Of a stretch of 64,000 nt of DNA, positions 20,019-29,521 are shown piece by piece. Origin of the DNA: Candidatus Poseidoniales archaeon (lineage in GTDB: Archaea; Thermoplasmatota; Poseidoniia; Poseidoniales; Thalassarchaeaceae); contig DTUF01000032.1 of NCBI GenBank assembly GCA_012964335.1, positions 17,513 to 81,512 of the forward strand, read 5' to 3'. A program made the translations under genes and the position numbers. Every line of letters begins with the position of its first letter. Positions within the stretch are counted from its first letter, which is position 1. The notes beneath the pieces are model-generated. The model had not been told where the DNA came from. It searched no databases and worked only from the letters and a program-made list of their open reading frames with translations.

Positions 20019-20963
20019 CTGCCAGTAGTCTCAGGAAGTATTGATGGAGACCTTGCATCTGCATTGGCAGAAAAGTTAGGTTGGGAGCATCATGAATTAG
20101 TTGCTAGACGGTTTCCAGATTCAGAAGCCTATGTTCGTGTACCTACAAAGAGCATCAACGCGGTACGTTCTGAACCCGTTGTAGTTGTAGCGACTACTTT
20201 TCCTGACGATGGGATTGTTGAAGCATTACTGATGCTTGAAGCGATTCACGATGTAAGATCTGGAAATCTGCAAAATCTAATGGGTGATGGCCCAGAAAAT
20301 CTTCAAGATGTTGGACCTGGAATATTCCTTGCAGTCCCTTACTTTGGATACAGTAGACAAGACAAGAGATTTCAGCAAGGGGAAGTTATCTCAGCATCTC
20401 TAATCGTACGGTTATTAGCGCGCCATATTGATGGATTAATTGTCTTAGATTTGCACGCGCCATCTGTCTTAGATGACCTTGACACACCTGTTGAGTTTGT
20501 ATCAGCGATGCCAGAAATTGCTGAACACCTAAAACTCAATGTTAATCCAGACTTTATCCTAAGTCCCGACAAAGGCGCGATTGAAAGGGCATCCCATGTT
20601 GCAAAACTAATTGGCTGCAAGTTTTCATATCTTGAGAAAACAAGAATTGACGCACACACCATTCAACACAAGCCAAAGGACTTGGATGTTGATGGTGCAA
20701 TTGTTGCGATTGTTGATGATATGATTAGTACTGGGGGGACCATATGCAAAGCTAGTGATGCGCTGTTATCCCAAGGTGCCAAAGAAGTACATGCCGCATG
20801 CACTCACGGCCTGTTCACTGGTGGTGCTATCACTAGGCTCGACGACCATGTAAGTGGTGTTCATGCAACTGATTCTATTGCTAGCAACCCACGCGCTCTC
20901 GTCTCATCGGCCGCTGCTTTGGCAAGAGGTGTAAAGCAGTTAAGAGACCGGTTGAATCTGTGA
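20019..20963 (+). CDS. prs: ribose-phosphate pyrophosphokinase (PRPP synthetase)
   Basis: RFPDSEAYVRV, YFGYSRQDKRF, DLHA, and the PRPP loop IVDDMISTGGTI. The first canonical start in frame is TTG 20064. However, the frame is open from 20010 and encodes LPVVSGSIDGDLASALAEKLG, the conserved PRS N-terminus, so I extend the call to the in-frame CTG at 20019 (see findings). Confidence 0.85.
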   Translation: MPVVSGSIDGDLASALAEKLGWEHHELVARRFPDSEAYVRVPTKSINAVRSEPVVVVATTFPDDGIVEALLMLEAIHDVRSGNLQNLMGDGPENLQDVGPGIFLAVPYFGYSRQDKRFQQGEVISASLIVRLLARHIDGLIVLDLHAPSVLDDLDTPVEFVSAMPEIAEHLKLNVNPDFILSPDKGAIERASHVAKLIGCKFSYLEKTRIDAHTIQHKPKDLDVDGAIVAIVDDMISTGGTICKASDALLSQGAKEVHAACTHGLFTGGAITRLDDHVSGVHATDSIASNPRALVSSAAALARGVKQLRDRLNL

Positions 20964-21053
20964 GCAGTACCACGATTCTTGATTCACCACCTCATCCGGT
21001 GCGTTTATACAGACCACGCCCTCGGCGGAACACCTACAGGAGGATATAATCCT

Positions 21054-21434
21054 ATGAGCGTACATATTGATTTTGAAACCCCAGCCGATGTGCAAGACAT
21101 GGTTTATGAGTTTGTGAAGAAGATTGAAAAGGAGGGTGGAAGCCACTTCAAGAAGGGGATGAACGAGGTCATCAAAGTCTGCGAGCGAGGCGATGCTAAA
21201 CTTGTGATTATGGCTGAAAATGTCAACCCTGGAGAAATGATGATGCCAATTCCAATGATCTGCAAAGAACGTGGAATCCCTTACATTTATGTCAATGATC
21301 AAAGTTTCCTTGGAGAGGCTGCTGGACTTCCAGTTGGCCGCCCAACCTCAGCGATTGCAGTCATTGAGATAGATGGAGCAGCAGACGAATTCAAAAACGT
21401 AGTTGCATCTGCTAAAGAATTAGCAGGAAACTGA
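21054..21434 (+). CDS. rpl7ae: 50S ribosomal protein L7Ae
   Basis: [27 protein letters not shown]...[19 protein letters not shown] lies upstream of the ATG at 21054. The upstream part of ORF 20979.. is not conserved-looking. Confidence 0.93.
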   Translation: MSVHIDFETPADVQDMVYEFVKKIEKEGGSHFKKGMNEVIKVCERGDAKLVIMAENVNPGEMMMPIPMICKERGIPYIYVNDQSFLGEAAGLPVGRPTSAIAVIEIDGAADEFKNVVASAKELAGN

Positions 21435-21444
21435 GGTGAACCGG

Positions 21445-21660
21445 ATGACAGACGGTTGGCCGGCAGAAGTCGTCGAAATCGTAGGACGAACCGGTATGAC
21501 CGGTGAGGCTACTCAAGTCAAAGTTCGTGTAAATGATGCCCCAAACCCACGGGACGTTGGTAGAATTATTACTCGAAATGTGTTAGGTCCAATACGTGTT
21601 GGAGATGTTTTGATGCTCAGAGATACTGGACGTGAAGCACGTAAACTCGGAGGCCGATAA
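21445..21660 (+). CDS. rps28e: 30S ribosomal protein S28e
   Basis: [24 protein letters not shown]...[37 protein letters not shown] lies 6 nt before the ATG at 21445. Confidence 0.93.
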   Translation: MTDGWPAEVVEIVGRTGMTGEATQVKVRVNDAPNPRDVGRIITRNVLGPIRVGDVLMLRDTGREARKLGGR

Positions 21661-21661
21661 T

Positions 21662-21853
21662 ATGCCTGAGCGACGCGTCTGCACATTCAGTGGCGAAGAA
21701 ATTGAGCCAGGTACCGGACAGATGTACGTACGTAGAGACGGCACCGTGCTGTGGTTCAAGAGCAGTAAAGCCCGCAAGAATATGGTGAATTTGAAGAGAA
21801 ATTCCCGCAAAGTAAAGTGGACCCGCCACTATGTGAAAGGCGGAATTCAGTAA
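21662..21853 (+). CDS. rpl24e: 50S ribosomal protein L24e
   Basis: [40 protein letters not shown]. The ATG lies 1 nt after the S28e stop. Confidence 0.93.
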   Translation: MPERRVCTFSGEEIEPGTGQMYVRRDGTVLWFKSSKARKNMVNLKRNSRKVKWTRHYVKGGIQ

Positions 21854-21920
21854 AATTCCTTGTTTCACTCAAGCGTTTTGCTTAAACAGGGGTGGCGTCA
21901 CGGCCGCTTCAGTGAGTACT

Positions 21921-22370
21921 ATGCAGACGACATTTGTGATGGTCAAACCCGACGGGGTTCAGCGAGGATTAGTTGGCAAGATTATTGCCCGTTTTGAAGA
22001 TAAAGGCCTTCGTTTAGTAGGTTTGAAGCAGTTGACACCTTCCCAAGAATTGGCTTCCAGTCACTACGCTGTTCACTCAGAACGACCTTTCTACCCTGGA
22101 CTACTCAAGTTCATCACATCTGGACCTGTTGTGGCAATGGCATGGAGTGGCGTGGATGCAATCAAGGTGGCGCGCAACATCATCGGGCCAACAAATGGCC
22201 GTGATGCAAACCCAGGTACAATTCGTGGTGATTGGGCTATGGACATCGGGCACAACATAATCCACGGTAGCGATGCCGAAGAGACTGCAGAATTTGAATT
22301 GGGACTTTGGTTCCCTGAAGGATTAGTTGATTGGACTCGGTCAGCAGAAGATTGGGTCTACGAAGAATAG
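21921..22370 (+). CDS. ndk: nucleoside diphosphate kinase
   Basis: [38 protein letters not shown] (active-site His). Confidence 0.93.
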   Translation: MQTTFVMVKPDGVQRGLVGKIIARFEDKGLRLVGLKQLTPSQELASSHYAVHSERPFYPGLLKFITSGPVVAMAWSGVDAIKVARNIIGPTNGRDANPGTIRGDWAMDIGHNIIHGSDAEETAEFELGLWFPEGLVDWTRSAEDWVYEE

Positions 22371-22399
22371 AATTTAGATTACAGGGGCAGGTGACATGG

Positions 22400-24205
22400 A
22401 TGAAAGAGAGGAGACAGCCAATTGTTGCGGTCCTCGGCCATGTTGATCACGGCAAAACTAGCCTACTTGACCACATTCGTTCGCTTGGAAGCGAAAGGCA
22501 ATCCTCTGTCATGGCTAGAGAGGCCGGTGGCATCACTCAACATATCGGGGCGACTGAAGTTCCTTCTAAGGTCCTCAATGACCTATGTGCACCACTGATG
22601 GGTGGGAAAAATTTCAACTCCCCTGGTCTGCTTTTTATTGATACGCCAGGACACCACTCATTCTCTACCCTTCGAGCTCGTGGAGGCTCACTGGCTGACA
22701 TCGCCATTTTGGTAATTGACATAGTTGATGGTTGCAAACCACAGACACTAGAATCAATGCGAATCTTGAGACAGGCCAAAACCCCATTTGTGGTTGCTTG
22801 CAATAAGGTCGATCGTATCCACGGTTGGCAGTCAGAGTATGGCAGAGCAATGGCAGTTTCTTTTCGAGAGCAGAGTAAAGATGTACTAGCGCTTTTTGAC
22901 CAGAAGTACTGGCAGTTAGTTGGCCAGTTTGGTGAGCAAGAATTCAACCTTGAACGTTATGACCAAATCACAGATTTCACCAAGAATATTGCACTAGTCC
23001 CTTGTTCAGCAAAGGAAGGAGAGGGAATCCAAGACCTACTAGCAGTAACTATTGGGTTGGCTGAAAAATTCTTGGCTGAACAATTAGAAGATGTTGAAGG
23101 AAGTGCAGAAGCAACTGTTCTTGAGATGAAAAATGAGCGGGGACTCGGTAAGACTCTAGATATTATTCTTCACAGAGGAACAATGAACAAAGGAGACGAA
23201 ATTGTTGTAGCCACACCAACTGGCCCATTGGTGACCAAAATCAAAGGTATGTTTTCACCTCGAGGAATGTCTGAAATGAGGGATGCTGGAGACCGATGGG
23301 ATTCAGTAGATACTGTATCAGCCGCTGCTGGTCTAAAATTGAGTGCACCTGACATTGAATCTATTCTCGCAGGGACAACACTCCGAGTTATTCCGGATGA
23401 TGAATCACGTCAGCAAATTATTGACCAAATCACAGAGGAATGTGAAATTTCAATTGACTTAGATGAAGAAGGGATTGCTATCAAGGCAGACACTCTAGGC
23501 GGATTAGAAGCACTAGCATTCGAAATAAGGGGTATGAAAGATGTCAGCGGTAATCCTCGAAATATAAATATCCGCTCTGCTACTATTGGTCCAATCAATC
23601 GTAAAGACATCAGAAGTGCTGCTATATCTGATGACCCTTACGAGCGAGTTATTCTCACCTTTAGTACAGGCATATTAGCAGAAGCCCAAACTGAACTCAG
23701 CAGGGACGATTGTGAAGTATTACATATTGGCTCAGAAATCATCTACCACATTCTTGAAGAGTATGAAGAATGGATTGAAGCGACCAAGAAGAGATTAGAG
23801 GAAGAAGGACGTGAGAATGTCATTCACCCTGGCAGGATATTAATCATGGAAGACCATATCTTTAGACGCTCTGGACCCGCTGTTGTAGGAGTAAGAGTAC
23901 TGGGTGGTAGAATCCATGTTGGACAGCGCCTATTGACAGTTGATGGGGAAAAAGCGGGTAGGGTGAAATCAATCCGCGATGGCGACCATGTATTGAGCGA
24001 AGCAAAGCAGGGAGACGAATTAGCAGTCGCTATTCAGGGAATTACAATTGGTCGTGGGGTTGATGAAGATGATGTTCTCCTAGTGGACGTCCCAGAATCC
24101 CATATTCGGAGATTACGGAAATTAAATATTTCAAGTATTGAAGAGGAAATACTTTCTGAATTAATAGCCCTTCATCGGAAAGATGACCATTTTTGGGGTC
24201 GGTAA
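22400..24205 (+). CDS. infB: translation initiation factor aIF5B (IF2-type GTPase)
   Basis: RQPIVAVLGHVDHGKTSLLD, FIDTPGH, ACNKVDR, with downstream beta-barrel domains. ATG at 22400 (GTG 22391 is possible). The rpl7ae-rps28e-rpl24e-ndk-infB order is a well-known euryarchaeal gene string. Confidence 0.92.
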   Translation: MKERRQPIVAVLGHVDHGKTSLLDHIRSLGSERQSSVMAREAGGITQHIGATEVPSKVLNDLCAPLMGGKNFNSPGLLFIDTPGHHSFSTLRARGGSLADIAILVIDIVDGCKPQTLESMRILRQAKTPFVVACNKVDRIHGWQSEYGRAMAVSFREQSKDVLALFDQKYWQLVGQFGEQEFNLERYDQITDFTKNIALVPCSAKEGEGIQDLLAVTIGLAEKFLAEQLEDVEGSAEATVLEMKNERGLGKTLDIILHRGTMNKGDEIVVATPTGPLVTKIKGMFSPRGMSEMRDAGDRWDSVDTVSAAAGLKLSAPDIESILAGTTLRVIPDDESRQQIIDQITEECEISIDLDEEGIAIKADTLGGLEALAFEIRGMKDVSGNPRNINIRSATIGPINRKDIRSAAISDDPYERVILTFSTGILAEAQTELSRDDCEVLHIGSEIIYHILEEYEEWIEATKKRLEEEGRENVIHPGRILIMEDHIFRRSGPAVVGVRVLGGRIHVGQRLLTVDGEKAGRVKSIRDGDHVLSEAKQGDELAVAIQGITIGRGVDEDDVLLVDVPESHIRRLRKLNISSIEEEILSELIALHRKDDHFWGR

Positions 24206-24289
24206 CCTTTGAATTATGGTTGATGTTTCAACCCCCAACCCTTTAGTACGAATCGGGCGGGTCAGTAATTGTAGAGAGGAGGGTTGACG

Positions 24290-25282
24290 ATGCAGACAAC
24301 TATGGGAGGAGACGGACGAACCCGAGATTTGATTGCGACTGTAAGTGCAATTTCAAATGGATTGATGAATGAAGTGTCAAAAGTCATCATCGGAAAGCAG
24401 GAGAATCTGCGAAAGGTTACAATCGGCATTCTCTCTAACGGGAATATGTTGCTTGAGGATTTCCCTGGACTAGCAAAGACCCTACTTGCAAACACATTTG
24501 CAAGAGCACTTGGATGTAAATTCAAGCGTGTTCAGTTCACCCCTGACTTGCTACCTTCAGATATTATGGGGACTTACATGTACGACCAAAAGGCTGGTGA
24601 ATTCAAACTCCGGCCAGGACCTCTTTTCTCAAACATTCTACTAGCTGACGAGATTAACCGTGCACCACCAAAGACTCAGGCCGCTTTGCTTGAGGCTATG
24701 GAAGAAAAGCAGGTTACAATTGAGGGTATTACCCATAAATTGCCAGCACCGTTTGTTGTGTTGGCTACTCAAAACCCAATTGAACAAGAAGGCACCTACC
24801 CACTTCCAGAAGCACAAATGGACCGATTCTTGATGAAGATGTCAATGGGTTACCCCGACCGCTCTGAAGAAAAGGCTATTCTAGCCCGCAGAAAATTGCG
24901 AGGAAAGGATGACCACGATGTGCTACAAATCACCTCACCAAAGAAAGTGGTAGCAATGCAGAAGGCTTTGGAGACTGTTCACATTGACCCTGCAATTCTC
25001 TCATACATCGTAGAAGTAGTGCAGAGAACCCGTGAAGACCACAGAGTGATCACCGGTGCATCTCCCCGTGCTAGCCAGTCACTATTCAAGACCGGCCGAG
25101 CCTCAGCAGCAATTGATGGTCGAGACTATGTGATTCCTGACGATATCAAGGGCGTGGCACTACAAATCATCAGCCACAGAATCATGCTCAAGCCAGAAGC
25201 AAAGATTCGAGGAATCACTGGCATGCACATCACCCGCAAGATTCTCTCTGAAGTGCCTGTTCCAGTCATCCAAACTGCTTGA
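24290..25282 (+). CDS. MoxR-family AAA+ ATPase
   Basis: LLEDFPGLAKTLLANTFARAL, RVQFTPDLLPSDIMG, ILLADEINRAPPKTQAALLEAMEE, VLATQNPIEQEGTYPLPEAQMDRF. The usual DUF58/VWA partner genes are not adjacent. Confidence 0.88.
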   Translation: MQTTMGGDGRTRDLIATVSAISNGLMNEVSKVIIGKQENLRKVTIGILSNGNMLLEDFPGLAKTLLANTFARALGCKFKRVQFTPDLLPSDIMGTYMYDQKAGEFKLRPGPLFSNILLADEINRAPPKTQAALLEAMEEKQVTIEGITHKLPAPFVVLATQNPIEQEGTYPLPEAQMDRFLMKMSMGYPDRSEEKAILARRKLRGKDDHDVLQITSPKKVVAMQKALETVHIDPAILSYIVEVVQRTREDHRVITGASPRASQSLFKTGRASAAIDGRDYVIPDDIKGVALQIISHRIMLKPEAKIRGITGMHITRKILSEVPVPVIQTA

Positions 25283-25380
25283 TTCAGTTTGTGGTTTTAT
25301 TGACGCTTGGATGCACAATCAGTCGCGGTTATGATTAAGGTTCAAAGCAGAGCCCGTACCACAAGAGGGGGGAGAGAGAT

Positions 25381-26361
25381 ATGGACCCGTACAAAATGGT
25401 CATTGCCTGCACCAACCAGAAGGGTGGTTGTGCTAAAACTACCACCGCGGTTAACCTTGCTACATCCTTGGCTGAAGGGGACCTTTCTAGAGGCGTTGAA
25501 CCTGCGAAAGTACTTCTTGTTGACCTTGACCCACAGGGTAATGCATCTACATCCTTTGGTGTTGATAAGAGTAAGCTTGATAGAACTGTATATGACCTTC
25601 TCATGAATGATTTAGGGGAAGAACTTCCTATTCTAGATGAATATCTGATTTCCCCAGAAATCCTTACAGATTCAATGCAGGAAGCATGGAAAAATCAGCA
25701 CCGCTATGAAAAAGGTGGAGGGAAGAGGGAGAAGAAAGTCCCAAAATACATCAAAGTTGAGAATCTGTGGTTACTTCCTTCCAACATCCAACTTTCGGGT
25801 GCTGAAATTGAGTTAGCAACTCGAATCGGAAGAGAAACTCGACTGAAAGAGGGACTTGCAACCGCCATTCATGAGTTTGATTACATCATCATTGACACGC
25901 CGCCAAGTCTTGGATTGCTAACAATCAATGCACTTGCTGCAGCCAACTGGGTGTTGATTCCAGTACAAACCGAATATTATGCTCTTGAGGGTATGAGTCA
26001 ATTGATGAATTCAATCAAATTGATTCAGCGTAGAATCAACCCTCATCTCAAGTTATTTGGAATTGCACTTACAATGTACCAAAAAACAAGACTTTGCAAT
26101 ACAGTTTCATCTGAAGTTAGACGGCACTTTGACAAACAAGTTTTTGGAACCATGATCCCTAGGGTTATCTCAATCGCAGAAGCACCGTTAGAAGGCGCCC
26201 CTGTTGTTATTTTGAAGAAGCCGACTAAGAAGAACAAAGGTTCACAAGCATATTGGGCACTAGCAAAAGAGGTCTCTGATAGGGTGAAGAAATTGCGTTA
26301 TAAGTATGGAGTTAATGAGACTAGTAGGCTCAAGTTACATCGATTAAAACAATCAGAATGA
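25381..26361 (+). CDS. ParA/Soj-family deviant Walker-A ATPase
   Basis: IACTNQKGGCAKTTTAVNLA (KGGxxKT deviant Walker A), VDLDPQGNAS, IIIDTPPSLGLLTINALAAANWVLIPVQTEYYALEG. It contains a roughly 50-aa insertion (EILTDSMQEAWKNQHRYEKGGGKREKK...). A strong GGGGGGAGAGAG purine tract precedes the ATG. Confidence 0.88.
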   Translation: MDPYKMVIACTNQKGGCAKTTTAVNLATSLAEGDLSRGVEPAKVLLVDLDPQGNASTSFGVDKSKLDRTVYDLLMNDLGEELPILDEYLISPEILTDSMQEAWKNQHRYEKGGGKREKKVPKYIKVENLWLLPSNIQLSGAEIELATRIGRETRLKEGLATAIHEFDYIIIDTPPSLGLLTINALAAANWVLIPVQTEYYALEGMSQLMNSIKLIQRRINPHLKLFGIALTMYQKTRLCNTVSSEVRRHFDKQVFGTMIPRVISIAEAPLEGAPVVILKKPTKKNKGSQAYWALAKEVSDRVKKLRYKYGVNETSRLKLHRLKQSE

Positions 26362-26476
26362 CACCAAGTCCTAGAGCTCTGCTTTGAGGCATTAATGACT
26401 CAAATCGTATCTTTATTCCTTTATCCAACCGTCATCCTTCTATAGATGTCTTGATTCACGGTGAATAAGTGATAAA

Positions 26477-26719
26477 ATGGGCTCACCAGATATGACATCA
26501 ATCAGTGTAAGTTTTGAGGTAAGAAGGCAATTAAATTCAATGCGTGCATTGGGGAATTACAAGAGTGTAGATGACTTACTACAACAATTATTGAAAGAAT
26601 ACAGACTCAATCAAATTAGCAGAGATAGTGATGCACTTCAACAATCTCTCGGGTCAATAAATGACATTGATGTCAATGGGTTAATTGCTAAACTTGATCT
26701 TTCACCTTTTCAGGAGTGA
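26477..26719 (+). CDS. small ribbon-helix-helix (CopG/VapB-like) protein
   Basis: 80 aa. The N-terminus TSISVSFEVRRQLNSMRALGNYKSVDDLLQQLLKEY fits a beta-strand/helix/helix RHH pattern, like archaeal CopG-type antitoxins. Its stop lies 5 nt before the next ORF. Confidence 0.5.
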   Translation: MGSPDMTSISVSFEVRRQLNSMRALGNYKSVDDLLQQLLKEYRLNQISRDSDALQQSLGSINDIDVNGLIAKLDLSPFQE

Positions 26720-26724
26720 GATAA

Positions 26725-26976
26725 ATGAAGGGACAAGCACCAGCATACTGGATTAACTCAAACACTTTGGTGAGAGGGCTCTTTTCTGAAGGAAGTGACG
26801 AGAACAATTTACTCAAACTCGCCGCCTGTAATACGATTGAACTTCATGCAACAAAAAAAACTTGGAATACAATCCTATGGTTATTAGTAAATAATCTCAA
26901 ACAAGACGGTAAACCGACTCTATCTGGTAAAGAATTAGGTGAATTAAAGACTCGAATACCAGTTGATTTTCACTGA
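26725..26976 (+). CDS. small hypothetical protein, possibly a truncated/degenerate PIN-like partner
   Basis: 83 aa, with a GGAG inside the end of the upstream ORF. YWINSNTLVRGLF resembles the first PIN strand (xLDTNVLI) with Asp replaced by Asn. The protein is too short to be a full PIN domain. Confidence 0.4.
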   Translation: MKGQAPAYWINSNTLVRGLFSEGSDENNLLKLAACNTIELHATKKTWNTILWLLVNNLKQDGKPTLSGKELGELKTRIPVDFH

Positions 26977-26991
26977 GAATAAGTTTTGAAA

Positions 26992-29436
26992 TCATTCTTT
27001 GTTCTTCGCATCCCACCACTGATGACCATAGTACACCCACTGCTCAGTTGTCCAACCTGCTGGCAATCCGCCATCTGGTAATGGTGGAGCGTCCTTTGGC
27101 ATTTCTGAAGTTTCTGCTTCAGGGGCAGGTGTTGGCTGCTCCTCAACTTCTATTGGCTCAGGCTCTGGCTCAGGCTCTGGCTCTGAAGTGTCATCTGACT
27201 CTTCAGCGGGCGCATCCGATGAAGATTCGTCATCAGTAAACTTACTTGAATCTGGAACAGCTGAAGGTTTCTCAATATCATCAGCCAGATCCCATAGTTC
27301 ACCCTCAGTTACCCCATCACCGAGTTTTTCATCTTCCCACCCTTTCTGTTCGGTAATTCCACCACGGGTCTTGAATTCTTCTCCCTCTTCAAAGGCTTGC
27401 AGTTCTTTAGTTGCATCCTGATGGCTGTATTGTGCATCAGGTGCTCGCTTTGCAATTGATGTGCGAACGATTCCAACGAGTCCCCAAATGGCTAAAATCC
27501 CTGCAATCAAAGCGATTCCAATACCGCCTCCATATACCAAAAATTCTTTGATTAGTTTTGACCGCTTTTCACTAGCAGACAACTCTTGTTCATTATTCGA
27601 AGTATCCACCGGAACGTACACTGAGTCACAATTAGAATAGTCAGTAGGGTTCTTCACACAATACTCTTCAAGAGTGCTAACAGTAGGGTCCAAATCATCC
27701 CAATCTGCGTTATCCCCAACACCATCACGATCACTGTCTACCCACTCACTCTTGTTAGTTGACCAGTCGGTTAGCCCATCCTGTTCGCCACTATCTTCGT
27801 AACCATCTCCATCAATGTCAATACAACCAAATCTCTGTATTGTGACATAAACATTAGTTTCACTGTCAAAAAAGATTCCTCGGGTGCTATTACCCCATTC
27901 AGCAGGACACCAATCTGGGTTGTTGCCACTCAAGTTATCCCCGAAATTATCATCATCAGTATCACACCACTGAGTAGCATCTTGAGGATATGCATCGGCC
28001 CCATTTGGATAAGTTGATGAGCATCTTGGGTCATCACCCCGAGGGTCACTGTAGCCATCATTGTCTGAATCGGAACAGCCATTTCTGTCCTTGTATGAAT
28101 TGCCAGCTGATGTTGGACAAGCATCTGGATTAGTCCCGTTTGGATTGTCACCTAATTGATCACCATCAGTGTCTTTCCATTGCGAGGCATCATTAGGAAA
28201 TGCATCAGCATCTTGACCTTGTGGATTATCCCCAAATCCATCACCATCCGCATCTTGAAATTGAGTTGGATTAAATGGGAACATATCGCCATTAATTCCG
28301 CTAGCGTTGTCACCATGACCATCACCATCTGAATCCAACCATTGAGTTTCATCTTGTGGGTATTTATCGGGATTATTTCCAAGTTGGTTATCACCATATC
28401 CATCTCCATCTGTATCTATTTGTTGGGTTGGATCATCAGGGAAGTCATCTACAGCATCAACTACTTCATCCCCATCACTATCTAAATCAAACATGATAAT
28501 ATCTGATTTATCAGAAAAAGTTGACAAAATGAAGAACGAATTATCTTGAGCCAATTTAACACTGATAATCTCGCCTAGAGATGAGAACGTTTCCAGTTCA
28601 GATAAATCGCTACTATTCAAAATTGTTAGATGCCCATTGTGGGTTCCTACAATTAAAGTCCCATCGGTATTTTGTACTACTGTCCTGACAATCCCACCGG
28701 TTGAAAGATAGATATCGCCTGTCTTTTGCCAATCTGAGGTGGAGTATGTTATCAACTGCCCTGTTGTAGAGGTAGTAACAAGAGTATCCCCGTCATCAAT
28801 GAGATACAGCCCTTCAACATCACTTTGAATGTCCATCATCTCATGAATCATGGAGCCGTTTTGGGCTGATACCCGTACGATTGAATCTCTTCCTCCAGAA
28901 ATCACACTACCATTTGCCATACCAAGAACCGCAGTCACTTTAGTGAGATGTGTCTGAGTTGTGATTCCAGTAGCTGCTGTGTCATCGTATTCCGCAACAT
29001 ACCGATAGGCTCTATCACCAACCCATAAATCACCATTACCATCCCATCCAAGAGAATCAACACCTGCAACGATGTTGATTGAATAGAGTAAGTCATGGAA
29101 TTCAGTTGAAATTACCTTTACCCCAGAATCTGTACCAAGAGCAAGCCTGTGTTGGGAATTATCAATCGCTCCACTTGTGATTGACATATTTAAGGAATAA
29201 TTCCACGATTCTGTAACTGAGCCATCATTCTTGATTTCTAGTGCCATTAAGAAACCTGTTTCATTGACTACTATTGAATGGCCATCATAAGTATTCCACA
29301 TTCCAACCGTATGACTGTCAATTTCTGATACTACCCCAGCATTTGCTAATGAAGTTGCGCTTGCGGTTGATGAGGCAAGTAGAGGAATAAGTACACCAAT
29401 CAACAGAAGTGATGAGAGACTTAGCGAGGCGCGCAT
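26992..29436 (-). CDS. type-I membrane surface protein: signal peptide, beta-propeller-like domain, thrombospondin type-3 (Ca-binding) repeats, TM helix, acidic/Pro-rich cytoplasmic tail
   Basis: Signal peptide MRASLSLSSLLLIGVLIPLLASSTASA. More than 10 DxDxDGxGD-type repeats (DTDGDGYGDN, DSDGDGHGDN, DADGDGFGDN, DTDGDQLGDN, DSDNDGYSD, DIDGDGYED, DSDRDGVGDN). TM helix GGIGIALIAGILAIWGLVGIV. The tail contains EPEPEPEPEP and ends in GWTTEQWVYYGHQWWDAKNKE. Confidence 0.8.
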   Translation of the reverse strand: MRASLSLSSLLLIGVLIPLLASSTASATSLANAGVVSEIDSHTVGMWNTYDGHSIVVNETGFLMALEIKNDGSVTESWNYSLNMSITSGAIDNSQHRLALGTDSGVKVISTEFHDLLYSINIVAGVDSLGWDGNGDLWVGDRAYRYVAEYDDTAATGITTQTHLTKVTAVLGMANGSVISGGRDSIVRVSAQNGSMIHEMMDIQSDVEGLYLIDDGDTLVTTSTTGQLITYSTSDWQKTGDIYLSTGGIVRTVVQNTDGTLIVGTHNGHLTILNSSDLSELETFSSLGEIISVKLAQDNSFFILSTFSDKSDIIMFDLDSDGDEVVDAVDDFPDDPTQQIDTDGDGYGDNQLGNNPDKYPQDETQWLDSDGDGHGDNASGINGDMFPFNPTQFQDADGDGFGDNPQGQDADAFPNDASQWKDTDGDQLGDNPNGTNPDACPTSAGNSYKDRNGCSDSDNDGYSDPRGDDPRCSSTYPNGADAYPQDATQWCDTDDDNFGDNLSGNNPDWCPAEWGNSTRGIFFDSETNVYVTIQRFGCIDIDGDGYEDSGEQDGLTDWSTNKSEWVDSDRDGVGDNADWDDLDPTVSTLEEYCVKNPTDYSNCDSVYVPVDTSNNEQELSASEKRSKLIKEFLVYGGGIGIALIAGILAIWGLVGIVRTSIAKRAPDAQYSHQDATKELQAFEEGEEFKTRGGITEQKGWEDEKLGDGVTEGELWDLADDIEKPSAVPDSSKFTDDESSSDAPAEESDDTSEPEPEPEPEPIEVEEQPTPAPEAETSEMPKDAPPLPDGGLPAGWTTEQWVYYGHQWWDAKNKE

Positions 29437-29521
29437 ACTACGATGAAGAGTGTTCTACCTTTGAATGCGACGGAGCATTGATTTTGTCAAAACACCTCGA
29501 GTCAACACAAAATTATGTACA

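Noticed and set aside
24290-26361. MoxR and ParA as a functional two-gene system
   Set aside because: Adjacency is the only link. MoxR normally partners with DUF58/VWA proteins, which are absent here. A 98-bp spacer with its own strong ribosome-binding purine tract precedes parA.
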